Source of the DNA: Pseudomonadota bacterium
Lineage (GTDB): Bacteria; Pseudomonadota; Alphaproteobacteria; Rickettsiales; UBA1997
Direction of reading: 5' to 3'
Assembly: GCA_018970485.1 (NCBI GenBank)
Contig: JAGWWH010000005.1
Span: 1,403 to 65,402 of the forward strand
DNA: 64,000 bases
The translations under genes were made by a program, and so were the position numbers. The notes under the pieces were generated by a model. It was not told the DNA's origin. It worked only from the letters and a program-made list of their open reading frames with translations, and ran no database searches. This document shows positions 47,292 to 56,914 of the stretch, in pieces (the stretch's first letter is position 1; each line of letters begins with the position of its first letter).

Positions 47292-48521
47292 TTAGTGAGT
47301 AGAAATTCCTTCATTCAAAGACGCACCTAAATCAGTTTGTTTGACGGAAGTTTGCATCACAGACGCAGCTGGAGACCTGAGTTCTTCCTTCAGCTCTTTT
47401 AATTCTTTTATGTCCATCGAAAAAGGATCTCTTCCCCTGCATTCTTGCGGAAGTCTCACCACCCAAACATCTCCTTTTTGTTCAATCCGACAAGGCTTAA
47501 CGCCGATATCTTCGTAAGATTTTTTGAGATTTTCGGCAAGTTTTCTTGCCCCTGTTTCATCTTCACAATTTATTTTACCGCCCTCGGAGATACGACCCTC
47601 TTCTCTGAGCATTTCTAAAGATTCTCGCATTTTTAGACAAACCAACCAATCCCTTGTGTCACTCCACATTTTTTCAGCGTCATCTCTGTCATCTGGCTCT
47701 GGAGCTAGAGTAAGTTCGTGTTTCTTGCGCAGCTCTTTTGGATCGATTTGTTTTCCTAAAATTTCTTTTAATTCTTTAGCGCTTAAAGCTCGGTTATCTG
47801 CGAGGGCGAGTAGGTTATGAATTGTAAAAGGCCCGCAATTATGACCGTCATTCTGCTGCCTAACTCCGAGATCTGTAACGGTAACTTCTGGAGAAAGTTC
47901 TCCAATCCAACCTTTGAGCTTGGAATGGAAAACTTCCAACTCTGATCCTTCTGAATCTCCGAGCGAGTCATTGTAAATAAATTCTAACTCTCCTTTTTCA
48001 TTCATTCTCATCACCCCACCAATCCAGTGTTTTTTGCTGAGATTGATTGGTATCATTACCACATCACCTTTTGTGGCTTGATCTATAGCTAATTGAAATT
48101 GCGATTTAAATAATTCTTTCGCTTCGCTGTCGTCTGAAACTTGAACTATTCCCGAAAGTTCTACGCCAGAACGCGACTTAATCTCTTCTGTCAAAACACG
48201 AGAAATATCTCTATCGCTATACCACTCAGTACTCTCACCAGTAGACTCTTTGAAGCCACTTGGCAAATCGCTAACTACAGCAACTTGCGAAGAATCTTTT
48301 GGAGCTTCTTTTTTAAAATCTTCCAAAGTTTTTTTAAAATCATCTGGCTGATCAACCTCTGAAAGTAATCCTTCAATTTTAGCTAGGGCGTCACTTTTCC
48401 TTCCATCAACATCTACAGAGCCAGAGCCCCTCGAGTGTCGTAAACTTATTCCTTCCGCTTCACATTTGGCGATAAGGCCTTCGAACTTTCTGATTCTTTC
48501 TTGGCGATTTGGCTTGGACAT
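47292..48521 (-). CDS. Ulp1/SENP-like CE-clan (C48-type) cysteine protease; candidate secreted deubiquitinase/deSUMOylase
   Basis: Ordered catalytic signature: VVMIPINLSKKHWIGGV (His), IYNDSLGD (Asp), VRQQNDGHNCGPFTIHNLLALA (oxyanion Gln and Cys). The flanking N- and C-terminal regions are charged and low-complexity. Confidence 0.75.
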   Translation of the reverse strand: MSKPNRQERIRKFEGLIAKCEAEGISLRHSRGSGSVDVDGRKSDALAKIEGLLSEVDQPDDFKKTLEDFKKEAPKDSSQVAVVSDLPSGFKESTGESTEWYSDRDISRVLTEEIKSRSGVELSGIVQVSDDSEAKELFKSQFQLAIDQATKGDVVMIPINLSKKHWIGGVMRMNEKGELEFIYNDSLGDSEGSELEVFHSKLKGWIGELSPEVTVTDLGVRQQNDGHNCGPFTIHNLLALADNRALSAKELKEILGKQIDPKELRKKHELTLAPEPDDRDDAEKMWSDTRDWLVCLKMRESLEMLREEGRISEGGKINCEDETGARKLAENLKKSYEDIGVKPCRIEQKGDVWVVRLPQECRGRDPFSMDIKELKELKEELRSPAASVMQTSVKQTDLGASLNEGISTH

Positions 48522-48524
48522 AAT

Positions 48525-49397
48525 TTAAATTTTTGCGAGTGGATGGTGCTTAAACACAAGCTCCTTGAGCTTCGAATCTAAAATGTGGGTGTAAATTTCG
48601 GTAGTGGAAATGTCGGAGTGACCAAGCAGCTCTTGCAGCACGCGCAAATCAACTCCGCTATTTAGAAGATGCGTGGCAAAAGAATGACGAATCACGTGAG
48701 GATGAACACGATTCGGATCCAATCCAGCCTTGATCGCAACCTGTTTCAACATTTTGTGAAAACCTTGTCTGGTTAAATGTTTGTTTGGCGAATGTCCGGC
48801 GAAAAGCCACGGAGATTCTGTTCTAACTTTTAAAAATTCGATCAGCTTTGCGATCGCGGCTTTATTGAGCGGAGCGATTCTTTCCTTTCCACCTTTTCCC
48901 TTCACCAGCAAATAATTTCGTAAAGTTTCGCCCTCGCGTTGAATCGCCGAAAGCGGAAGAGAAACCAATTCAGTCACGCGCAGACCCGCTGCGTAAAGAA
49001 TCTCAATCATGCAAACGAGCCGCAAATCTGACTCCGCTTCCGAAAGTAATTTTAGAATTTCTTCTTCACTTAAAAATTTTGGTAACTTCGCCTCACGCTT
49101 CGGAGCCTGTAAATTAGAGGCTGGATTGCTTATCAAAAAATTCTCATTCACTAAAAATTTGAAGAAATTTTTCAGACAAGAAATTTTTCTAGCGATTGAT
49201 GCCGGCTTTAATTTTTGTTGATGAAGTGTAAAAAGATAATCCTTGAGAACATCTGGATTCACTTGCTTGAGCGCGATTTTTTTCTCGCCCAAAAATTTTT
49301 CAAACAGCTCTAAATCTTTGCCGTAAGAAGCGATTGTGTTTAGCGATAATCCATCTTCGGTTTGCAGTTTTATGAGAAAGTCGGAAGCCCTGGACAC
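48525..49397 (-). CDS. xerD: Site-specific tyrosine recombinase XerD
   Basis: ARKISCLKNFFKFL, LPKFLSEEEILKLL, RHSFATHLL, LLGHSDISTTEIYTH. Confidence 0.8.
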   Translation of the reverse strand: MSRASDFLIKLQTEDGLSLNTIASYGKDLELFEKFLGEKKIALKQVNPDVLKDYLFTLHQQKLKPASIARKISCLKNFFKFLVNENFLISNPASNLQAPKREAKLPKFLSEEEILKLLSEAESDLRLVCMIEILYAAGLRVTELVSLPLSAIQREGETLRNYLLVKGKGGKERIAPLNKAAIAKLIEFLKVRTESPWLFAGHSPNKHLTRQGFHKMLKQVAIKAGLDPNRVHPHVIRHSFATHLLNSGVDLRVLQELLGHSDISTTEIYTHILDSKLKELVFKHHPLAKI

Positions 49398-49403
49398 CGT
49401 TAA

Positions 49404-49592
49404 TTACTCATCGAAATCTTCTTCTTTCGCCAAACAAATATTCACCTGACTCTTGATATTAATCGGCAATAAAGTTTCTTTTTGTGGAATCTTCAAATCA
49501 TCAGTAATCAAAAAATTGAGCACGAAAAACATCGCGCCAAAGCTGATCAGAAGGATTATCGCGAGAGATTTATTTTCTAAATGATGGAACAT
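49404..49592 (-). CDS. Small single-pass membrane protein, hypothetical
   Basis: 62-aa ORF with one hydrophobic helix, directly upstream of xerD. No family recognised. Confidence 0.3.
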   Translation of the reverse strand: MFHHLENKSLAIILLISFGAMFFVLNFLITDDLKIPQKETLLPINIKSQVNICLAKEEDFDE

Positions 49593-49598
49593 TGAAGC

Positions 49599-50957
49599 AT
49601 GAAGTTTCGCATAATTTTCACCCTGATTTACTTCTACGCAACAAACTCTTTCGCCGATGCCTCGTTAATTCGCGACGCTGAAACAGAAAAGTTTTTACAC
49701 CAACTCGCTGATCCAATTTTTGTCGCCGCCGACCTCAATCCACAAAATATCAAAATTTACATCGTTAACGATGACAGCATTAACGCCTTCGTTTCCGGCG
49801 GACAAAATGTCTTCATTAACACTGGATTGATTCGCAAATACAAAACTCCCGATGCCTTGATTGGCGTGATCGCGCATGAAACTGGACACATCACTGCTGG
49901 TCATTTGGCGCGCTCATCGGAAGGCGCAGAGCAGGCCGAAGGGGCAATGTTGCTGAGCTATTTACTAGGAATTGGCGCCGTGGCTGCAGGCTCTCCAGAA
50001 GCCGGTACGGCGCTAATCATGGGAGGAAATCAAACCGCTCAGAGACTCTACATGAAATTTACTAGAACACAGGAAGAGGCCGCAGATCAACATGCCATCG
50101 CCTATCTCGACAAGCTAAAATATCCCGCAACTGGCTTGATCAATCTCTTGGAGTTTTTTGAAAGCGAGATGATCGGATACAAAGATCAGATTGATGAATA
50201 TCTACTTTCTCACCCGATAAGTCGCAAAAGAATCGATGTCATAAAAATACGCACCGCTGAGAAAAAATTTTCTCAAGGAAAAGAATATCGAAAAATAAAT
50301 CAGAAATTGCAGAAGCCGATGGATCGAGTATTGGCAAAGCTCGAGGCCTTTATTGAAAACCCCGACTACCTACTAAAAAAATATCAAAATCGTCAGGATG
50401 AAAACTCAAATTACATCAAGTCCGTAGCCCTATTTAAAAAAGGAAAGATCGATGAATCCTTGGCGTTGTTGGATCCAATCATCGCAAAGAATCCATCAGA
50501 TGGATTTCTTTTCGAGCTCAAAGGACAAATTCTTTTTGAAAGCGGACGAATTCAAGATTCTGTTTTAACTTACAGCCAAGCGGTCAAATCACTATCAGCA
50601 CAAGATAATGCAATAGTAAAAGTTTCTTTCGCTCTCGCAATTTTGTCGCTCAAAACCAGCGATCAAGATTTGATCAAGCTAGCAATCAAGGAGCTCGAAG
50701 AGGCAAAAAAATTCGAAGCGGAAAATCCTCTTTTATTTAAACAGTTGGCGAATGGTTATTCTCGTATTGGCGACGAAGCTAGGTCTTTACTAGCTTTAGC
50801 CGAGTTTAGTTTGTTGATCGGTGAAAAAGAAAAATGTCAAAAATATGCCAAGGAGGCGAAGGAAAAATTCAACAAATCTGATAAATCTGAAATTATTCGT
50901 GCCGATGATTTGCTGGAGTTAGCGAAGGAAAAAGATGGGGAGAAAAATAATCATTAA
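49599..50957 (+). CDS. M48-family periplasmic metalloprotease with TPR domain (BepA-like)
   Basis: Signal peptide, the HETGHITAGH zinc motif, and a C-terminal TPR-like region. Confidence 0.85.
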   Translation: MKFRIIFTLIYFYATNSFADASLIRDAETEKFLHQLADPIFVAADLNPQNIKIYIVNDDSINAFVSGGQNVFINTGLIRKYKTPDALIGVIAHETGHITAGHLARSSEGAEQAEGAMLLSYLLGIGAVAAGSPEAGTALIMGGNQTAQRLYMKFTRTQEEAADQHAIAYLDKLKYPATGLINLLEFFESEMIGYKDQIDEYLLSHPISRKRIDVIKIRTAEKKFSQGKEYRKINQKLQKPMDRVLAKLEAFIENPDYLLKKYQNRQDENSNYIKSVALFKKGKIDESLALLDPIIAKNPSDGFLFELKGQILFESGRIQDSVLTYSQAVKSLSAQDNAIVKVSFALAILSLKTSDQDLIKLAIKELEEAKKFEAENPLLFKQLANGYSRIGDEARSLLALAEFSLLIGEKEKCQKYAKEAKEKFNKSDKSEIIRADDLLELAKEKDGEKNNH

Positions 50958-50966
50958 CCAGTTTCT

Positions 50967-51044
50967 GGATCCTCACCTGCGCTGGGATGATGCTTTAAGT
51001 AGCATACCCAACTAACCACGTCATCCCCGCGCAGGCGGGGATCC
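50967..51044. repeat. Family-A double-hairpin palindromic element (intergenic)
   Basis: ggatcctcacctgcgctgggatga - spacer - gtcatccccgcgcaggcggggatcc. Confidence 0.75.
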
Positions 51045-51066
51045 AGAAAGTCTCACCCAAGCAGCA

Positions 51067-52968
51067 CTAGCTACCCATCAAACTCTGCAACCTACGCGAG
51101 AAATCTTTCGCATCTTTGATCGGCTCATCCTCGATGATACAAGCAAGATCAAACAAGGTTTCGATCTTGTCTTTAACCTCATTTCTTTGCGCCTCGTTAG
51201 AATAATTTTCGTTCAAATTTTTAATGATTTTGTTGCTCGGATTTATCTCAAAAATCTTCGTCGTTCCCGCCTGAATTTGTTTTTGCTCAAGTAAAAATCT
51301 TTCAAGACGAATATCCATCGAACCCGCGTCCACAGCCAGACAAACCGGTGAGTCAGTTAATTTTTTCGAGATACGCGCATCTTTAATTTTATCGCCCAAA
51401 GTTTCTTTGATGAACTTCAACAAACCTTCAAAATTGCTGCTGGTTACATCTTTTATTTCTTCTTCTTTTGTTTCGCTTTTTTCGACATCGGAGAGATCAA
51501 CATCATGACGATTAATTGAGCAGAATTCCTTGTCTTTGTAAGGCAAAGCGACCGTCACCCAAAACTCATCAACCGCATCAACTAAAAATAAAACTTCGAC
51601 ATCCTTCTGCGAAAATACTTCAAGCTGCGGTGAAGATTTTGCTTTTTCAACTGACTCGGCGGTTAAGAAATAAATCTTATCCTGACCAGGTTTGACGCGG
51701 TCTAAATACTCGGCGAGGGAAATTAATTTATCCGGAGATTTCGAAGAATAAAAACGAGAAATCTCTAAAATTTTCTCACGAAATTCTGACGATTCGCACA
51801 ATCCTTCTTTCAAAACTGCGCCGAAATTATTCCAAAATTTCAGATATTCCTCTTCGCTCTCAGAAGCCTTTTTCTTCAACTCCGAAAGCACTTTATTCAC
51901 CACTGATTTTCTGATTTTATCGAGCACTGAACTGTGCTGTAAATTTTCACGACTGATATTTAGCGGCAAATCGTCAGAGTCGATGAGGCCTCGCAGGAAG
52001 CGCATGCAAGCTGGGATCAAACCCAATTCTTCCGAGATAAAAACTTTTTTTACGTAGAGTTTTACTGAAGTTTTGCGATCCGGATGAAAGAGATCGAACG
52101 GCTTCGTTGCTGGCACGAAGAGCAGATTTGTGTAACTCGTTGCTCCCTCCACTTTGCTATGAATCACCATAAATGGATCTCCCGGCAGGTGTGAAATATG
52201 TTTGAAAAAGTTTTGATACTGCTCGGGAGTAATCTCGCTTTTGTCCTTTGCCCACAAGGCTGAAGCCGAGTTTAGGGTTTCAACTTTTGCACCTGCTTCC
52301 AAATTTTCTGGTATGAATTCGATCTTAAAATTTATGTGATCAGAGTAGGTTTGAACAACGTGTTTGATGTGAAAGCGATCAAGAAAATCGGTCGCATTTT
52401 CTTTCAAATGCAAGATAATTTTTGTACCACGAGCTAAACTTTCTTCACCTTCTGAGATCTTGAAACTACCGCTTCCGTCTGATTCCCACTTAAAAGTTTT
52501 TTCCTCATCAAACTTGCGTGAAAGCACCTCAACTTTGTCGGCGATCATGAAGCTGGAATAAAATCCAACACCGAATTGTCCGATCAATTGCACATCTTTT
52601 TGTTTGTCGCCAGTGAGTGATTTTATGAAATTCTCCGTCCCTGAGCGCGCAATGGTGCCAAGGTTCTGAATCAAATCTTCACGATTCATGCCCAGTCCAT
52701 TATCTTGAATAATTAACAGTCTTTTTTCTTTGTTAGTGGTAATCGAAATTTTTAATTCATCTTGCAGCAAATCCGGATTTTGCGCTGCTAAATAACGCAA
52801 TTTATCGCAGGCATCAGATGCGTTTGAAACCAACTCTCGCAAGGCTACATCCTTATTGGTGTAGAGAGAATTGATCATTAAATTTAAAATTTTTCCGACC
52901 TCAACGTCGAAACTAAATTCTTGTGAGTTAGACATGTTGGATTCTGATTTGTTGTTATTTTCTTCCAA
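51067..52968 (-). CDS. htpG: Molecular chaperone HtpG (Hsp90)
   Basis: FDVEVGKILNLMINSLYTNKDVALRELVSNASDA, GQFGVGFYS. An alternative start is at Met12. Confidence 0.95.
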   Translation of the reverse strand: MEENNNKSESNMSNSQEFSFDVEVGKILNLMINSLYTNKDVALRELVSNASDACDKLRYLAAQNPDLLQDELKISITTNKEKRLLIIQDNGLGMNREDLIQNLGTIARSGTENFIKSLTGDKQKDVQLIGQFGVGFYSSFMIADKVEVLSRKFDEEKTFKWESDGSGSFKISEGEESLARGTKIILHLKENATDFLDRFHIKHVVQTYSDHINFKIEFIPENLEAGAKVETLNSASALWAKDKSEITPEQYQNFFKHISHLPGDPFMVIHSKVEGATSYTNLLFVPATKPFDLFHPDRKTSVKLYVKKVFISEELGLIPACMRFLRGLIDSDDLPLNISRENLQHSSVLDKIRKSVVNKVLSELKKKASESEEEYLKFWNNFGAVLKEGLCESSEFREKILEISRFYSSKSPDKLISLAEYLDRVKPGQDKIYFLTAESVEKAKSSPQLEVFSQKDVEVLFLVDAVDEFWVTVALPYKDKEFCSINRHDVDLSDVEKSETKEEEIKDVTSSNFEGLLKFIKETLGDKIKDARISKKLTDSPVCLAVDAGSMDIRLERFLLEQKQIQAGTTKIFEINPSNKIIKNLNENYSNEAQRNEVKDKIETLFDLACIIEDEPIKDAKDFSRRLQSLMGS

Positions 52969-53001
52969 AACGACTTAGTAATTTTTTTGACATTGCCAAG
53001 A

Positions 53002-53883
53002 ATGCGCTCGCTTATTTTAATTTTTATATTTTGTAGTTCGGCAGTATTCGCCGAAGTCGACACTCGGCAAATAAGCAGCAAGCCAAAAGAGATTTATGGA
53101 ACAGACCATAAAAATATCGGCCTCACTATCGCCAATGGTGGCGCTGGACCGACAGGAATTTTGCGCGCTTTAGCCGAAGATTATTTGGAAAAAAGCGACG
53201 CAAAATATTCAATCGCTTGGTATCAAGACATCAGCACTAATTCACTAAAACATCTGAAAAACGGCACTATTGATGTCGCGCTGGTTTATGAAAAATCCGA
53301 AGGAGATGTAGCGCAAAAAGAAGGTTGGGCCACGAATTATGCGATAATTTTTAACGATCATTTTTTGATTGTTGGGCCGAAAAAAAATCCGGCAAACCTT
53401 GCCGAGTCTGACTCTCCAACTGAAGCATTTTTAAAAATTTCTGATTTCGGCAAAAAAAATTCAGGCAAAATTTTCCTTTCTCGTAGCGACGAATCTGGCA
53501 CAAACATTAAAGAAAAATCGATTTGGAGATCCGCTAAACTTGAACCTTGGAGTGGAAATGAGTCTTGGTATTTCAAGTATCCAACTTTCCCAAAAACAGC
53601 ACTTTTATACGTCGATCAGCACGAGCTTTATTCTATAACCGATTGGGGAACTTGGCTCTCAAGCAAAGGTTCTTTGAAGAATTCTAAGATTTATCTAAGC
53701 GGCGGCGAAGACTTGCTGAATCCATGTTTTGCGCTGCTTGGCAAAAAACCGCGCAAAGAAGCACTCGAGTTTTTGGAATATTTGAAAAGTCCACGCGCGC
53801 AAAAATTAATCGCTAATTTCGGCAAAGATAAACATGGCGGCTTAGCATTTTTTACCGAAGCTGCACAAATGGATTTCAAGTGA
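53002..53883 (+). CDS. Periplasmic substrate-binding protein (PBP_like_2, tungstate/oxyanion-binding-like), orphan
   Basis: Signal peptide MRSLILIFIFCSSAVFA. ...NGTIDVALVYEKSEGDVAQKEGWATNYAIIFNDHFLIVGPKKNPANL resembles the TupA-type SBP core. There is no adjacent permease or ATPase. Confidence 0.5.
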   Translation: MRSLILIFIFCSSAVFAEVDTRQISSKPKEIYGTDHKNIGLTIANGGAGPTGILRALAEDYLEKSDAKYSIAWYQDISTNSLKHLKNGTIDVALVYEKSEGDVAQKEGWATNYAIIFNDHFLIVGPKKNPANLAESDSPTEAFLKISDFGKKNSGKIFLSRSDESGTNIKEKSIWRSAKLEPWSGNESWYFKYPTFPKTALLYVDQHELYSITDWGTWLSSKGSLKNSKIYLSGGEDLLNPCFALLGKKPRKEALEFLEYLKSPRAQKLIANFGKDKHGGLAFFTEAAQMDFK

Positions 53884-54749
53884 ACTGCTTAATTATTTCC
53901 GGACCGACCGCTTCCGGCAAATCTCGTTTAGCCTTAGATTTAGCAAGTTTGCATGACATCGCAATCATCAATGCTGATTCTTTACAGATTTACCAAGGCT
54001 TGCCAATTCTATCCTCACAGCCCACCGAAGCTGAAAAAAAAATAGCGCCACATTTTCTTTATTCGCATTTTAAGGCGCAGGAAAATTCTTCGGTGATGGA
54101 TTGGTTAAAGCTAGTAGAGACAAAGATCGCAGAGGTTCAGGCTGAGAAAAAATTACCCGTAATCGTCGGCGGCAGCGGCATGTATATTTCAAAATTAATC
54201 GAAGGAATTTCCGAAATGCCCGAGATTTCCAAAGAGGTAAAAAAATCTACGCATGAGCTTTACGAAAAAATTGGTCACGAAGAATTTCGTAAAAAATTTG
54301 GTGAAAATAAAATCATCGATAAGCAGCGCTTAATCAGGGCTGGTGAGGTTTTCTTGCAAACTGGAAAATCGATTTCTTATTGGCAAAAAGACGGAAAAAA
54401 AATTTCATTTCTCACAGATTTTTTACACATCAATCTCAATCCCGATCGCGAAAAACTTTACGAAAATTGCAACTCGCGTTTTGTCAAAATGCTTGAGTGT
54501 GGAGCACTTGAAGAAGTGAAAAATCTTGTAGCTGATGAAGATTGTTCGATCAGCAAAACTCTCGGTTTTCGTGAGATTAAAAGCTTTTTAAGCCAAGAAA
54601 TGTCGCACGAACAAATGATCGAAATCGCCACACAAAAAACTCGCAACTACGCCAAACGCCAGATAACTTGGTTTCGCAATCAATTACCTGAAAAAATGGT
54701 TTTTAGCGATGCCAAGCAGGCCATCGAATTCATTCATCTAAATCTCTAA
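53880..54749 (+). CDS. miaA: tRNA dimethylallyltransferase
   Basis: GPTASGKS P-loop, ADSLQIYQGLPILSSQPT, RNYAKRQITWFRN. GTG start overlaps the upstream TGA. Confidence 0.9.
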   Translation: MNCLIISGPTASGKSRLALDLASLHDIAIINADSLQIYQGLPILSSQPTEAEKKIAPHFLYSHFKAQENSSVMDWLKLVETKIAEVQAEKKLPVIVGGSGMYISKLIEGISEMPEISKEVKKSTHELYEKIGHEEFRKKFGENKIIDKQRLIRAGEVFLQTGKSISYWQKDGKKISFLTDFLHINLNPDREKLYENCNSRFVKMLECGALEEVKNLVADEDCSISKTLGFREIKSFLSQEMSHEQMIEIATQKTRNYAKRQITWFRNQLPEKMVFSDAKQAIEFIHLNL

Positions 54750-54761
54750 ACAAAGCAAATT

Positions 54762-56114
54762 ATGCGAAGCAACATTAGCCAAAAAAGGTCGGAAAATCTT
54801 CAAGAATATGTTTCGAAAACACTCGATACTTTGGGAGTCGAAACAAAGAGGGATGTTGTGGATTTCCTAAGAAATTTGATTGGCCCTGAAGTTGTAGAAT
54901 TCCCAAGAGATTCGATTGGTGGTGATGTAGTTGGAGTTTCAAGCCAAGCCCATGTTCCGGTGGCGATGAATATGATAAACATGATGATTCTTGAGGATCG
55001 AGAAAAAATGATGAATGCCCTTTCCACCGAGGAAGTGAGGAATGCTCTACTTAAGATCTTAATAGATTCTAAGCTTCAATCTGAGGAAACTTTATGGTTA
55101 GATAAAACTTTATTGTTCACCTTAGTGACGATACGTGAAATAAGCCGTGATAACCCAAGTGGACAAGCGCTCTTCTCCAGCGAAGAGATGGGCAATATTT
55201 TGCTCGATATTCTAGAAAATGTTGAAGACATAAATTTTAGATCGAAGGCAGCATCTGCGATGATGGAAATAAGCAGAAACAACTAAAAAGCGTTAGAAAT
55301 ATTTTCCACCGAAAGAACAGCCCTTGCCTTAACGAGGTTACAAGCAATAGAGAATCCCCTTCAAGAATTAGAGACTTTTATCCAAGATTTACAGTCTGAC
55401 TTTTGTGAAAAAAGAATGAACGAACTCTCAACACAAAACTTGGCGGAGGGCGATTCCGAAGATATAAAATCACGCAGCTTGCGGTCAGTAAATAAAATGA
55501 TCCGCCAAAACCGACGCTTGAAGGACTCTCTCTGCGAAAAAGGGGTTGGACAAGAAATAAGAAACTTTCTTATCGAGATTTTAGACGAGGCTGAATCTGA
55601 AGATCTGAAGTTGAGTAGTCTGGAATTAATATCCGCTCTCAGCCTAAAAAATATTAGAGGGAAACTACTTTTTTCTACCGAAGATATGAGTGATTGCCTA
55701 CTTGTTATTTTAGAAGGAAATGGATCTGAAAAATTAAAATCAGAAGCTCTAGTAACAATTGCCGAAATAAGCAGACAAAATCCGGCGGGGCAAATTCTTT
55801 TCTTTGGAGATAAAATTTCCAGTCATGTAATTAGACTCTCAATACAAAAAGAGTCTGAAAAACTTAAAGAAGCCGCCGCTTCTGTAATCGAGTCCCTTAC
55901 TTTTCAAGCTCCTGAGCACCCAGGAACCGAAACCTTCAAAAAAACATTATCGGGGGCTCTGAAAACTTTTGGACACCTACAGAATTTTGGTATAGATGGC
56001 CCCATAAAGGGAGAAGATTCTAGTCCTGAGGAGCAGCCCGCTTCAAAACCCAGAAATCCCCTTGGAGAAACTGCTTATAAAAACACCCCCAGTAAATCTT
56101 GCGTAGTTTCTTAA
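54762..56114 (+). pseudogene. Armadillo/HEAT-like repeat protein gene split by one in-frame TAA (55284..55286)
   Basis: ORFs 54762..55286 and 55416..56114 share a frame. I read 55287..55415 codon by codon and found no further stop. The ~45-aa repeat unit recurs on both sides of the stop and in the gap (ISRDNPSGQALFSSEEMGNILLDILEN / ISRQNPAGQILFFGD / LLFSTEDMSDCLLVILEG / ALEIFSTERTALAL). Confidence 0.6.
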
Positions 56115-56176
56115 CCCTATTTTCCAAATTTTAAGTTAAGATTGCCTGACAGCCTTGATCAGAATTTATTACTTAC

Positions 56177-56914
56177 ATGAAGTTCAGTGACGAAGGAATC
56201 ATCATCAGCACCAAGAATTACGGCGAAAATTCGCTGATCGTAAAAATCTTTTCGCGCGATCACGGAGTTTATCGCAGCTTCGTTCGTGGCGCTAAATCGA
56301 AAAAAACCAACACAATTTATCAGGTTGGAAATTTGGTTTCCTTCGAATTTCGATCACGCATTGAAGATAATTTAGGCAGTTTTTTTTCGGTTAATCCGAT
56401 CAGCTCTTACTGCTCGAGAATTATGTTTGATCAATTTCGTCTAAATTGCGTCAGATCTTTATTTTCAATGCTCGACACCCTTTTTCTTGAACAGGAAAAT
56501 CACGCGGATTTTTTTGCTCAACTACTTTCCTTCATGCAAAAAATCTCCGCCGAAAGCTCTGATAAAAAAGATGTAATTGCTGATTACGTAAGGCTTGAAC
56601 TGGAAATGTTGAGAGAGCTTGGATATGGCATCGATTTATCTTCCTGTGTGGTCACCAACGCTACAACGAATTTGGCTTACGTCTCGCCGAAATCTGGACA
56701 CGCGGTTTCTATTTCTGCGGCGGCGTCCTACGAAAATAAATTACTAAAATTGCCGAATTTTCTGACTAAAGAGCTTGGTGATTTCGATAGTCAAAATTTG
56801 CTTGATGGCCTGAATCTAAGCGGATTTTTTTTACAAAAATTTCTTTCTTCCGATCAGCAAAAATTTCCCCATCGCGAAGAGATAAAAAAAGATCTGGGCA
56901 AGTCTCTTATTTAA
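56177..56914 (+). CDS. recO: DNA repair protein RecO
   Basis: MKFSDEGIIISTKNYGENSLIVKIFSRDHGVYRSFVRGAKS is a RecO N-terminal OB fold. Confidence 0.85.
   Translation: MKFSDEGIIISTKNYGENSLIVKIFSRDHGVYRSFVRGAKSKKTNTIYQVGNLVSFEFRSRIEDNLGSFFSVNPISSYCSRIMFDQFRLNCVRSLFSMLDTLFLEQENHADFFAQLLSFMQKISAESSDKKDVIADYVRLELEMLRELGYGIDLSSCVVTNATTNLAYVSPKSGHAVSISAAASYENKLLKLPNFLTKELGDFDSQNLLDGLNLSGFFLQKFLSSDQQKFPHREEIKKDLGKSLI

Noticed and set aside
48525-49397. The tyrosine recombinase next to the Ulp1-like gene as the integrase of a genomic island carrying the effector.
   Set aside because: The protein has the full XerD-type motif set (LPKFLSEEEILKLL, RHSFATHLL, LLGHSDISTTEIYTH) and a housekeeping size. No flanking direct repeats or tRNA attachment site were seen.
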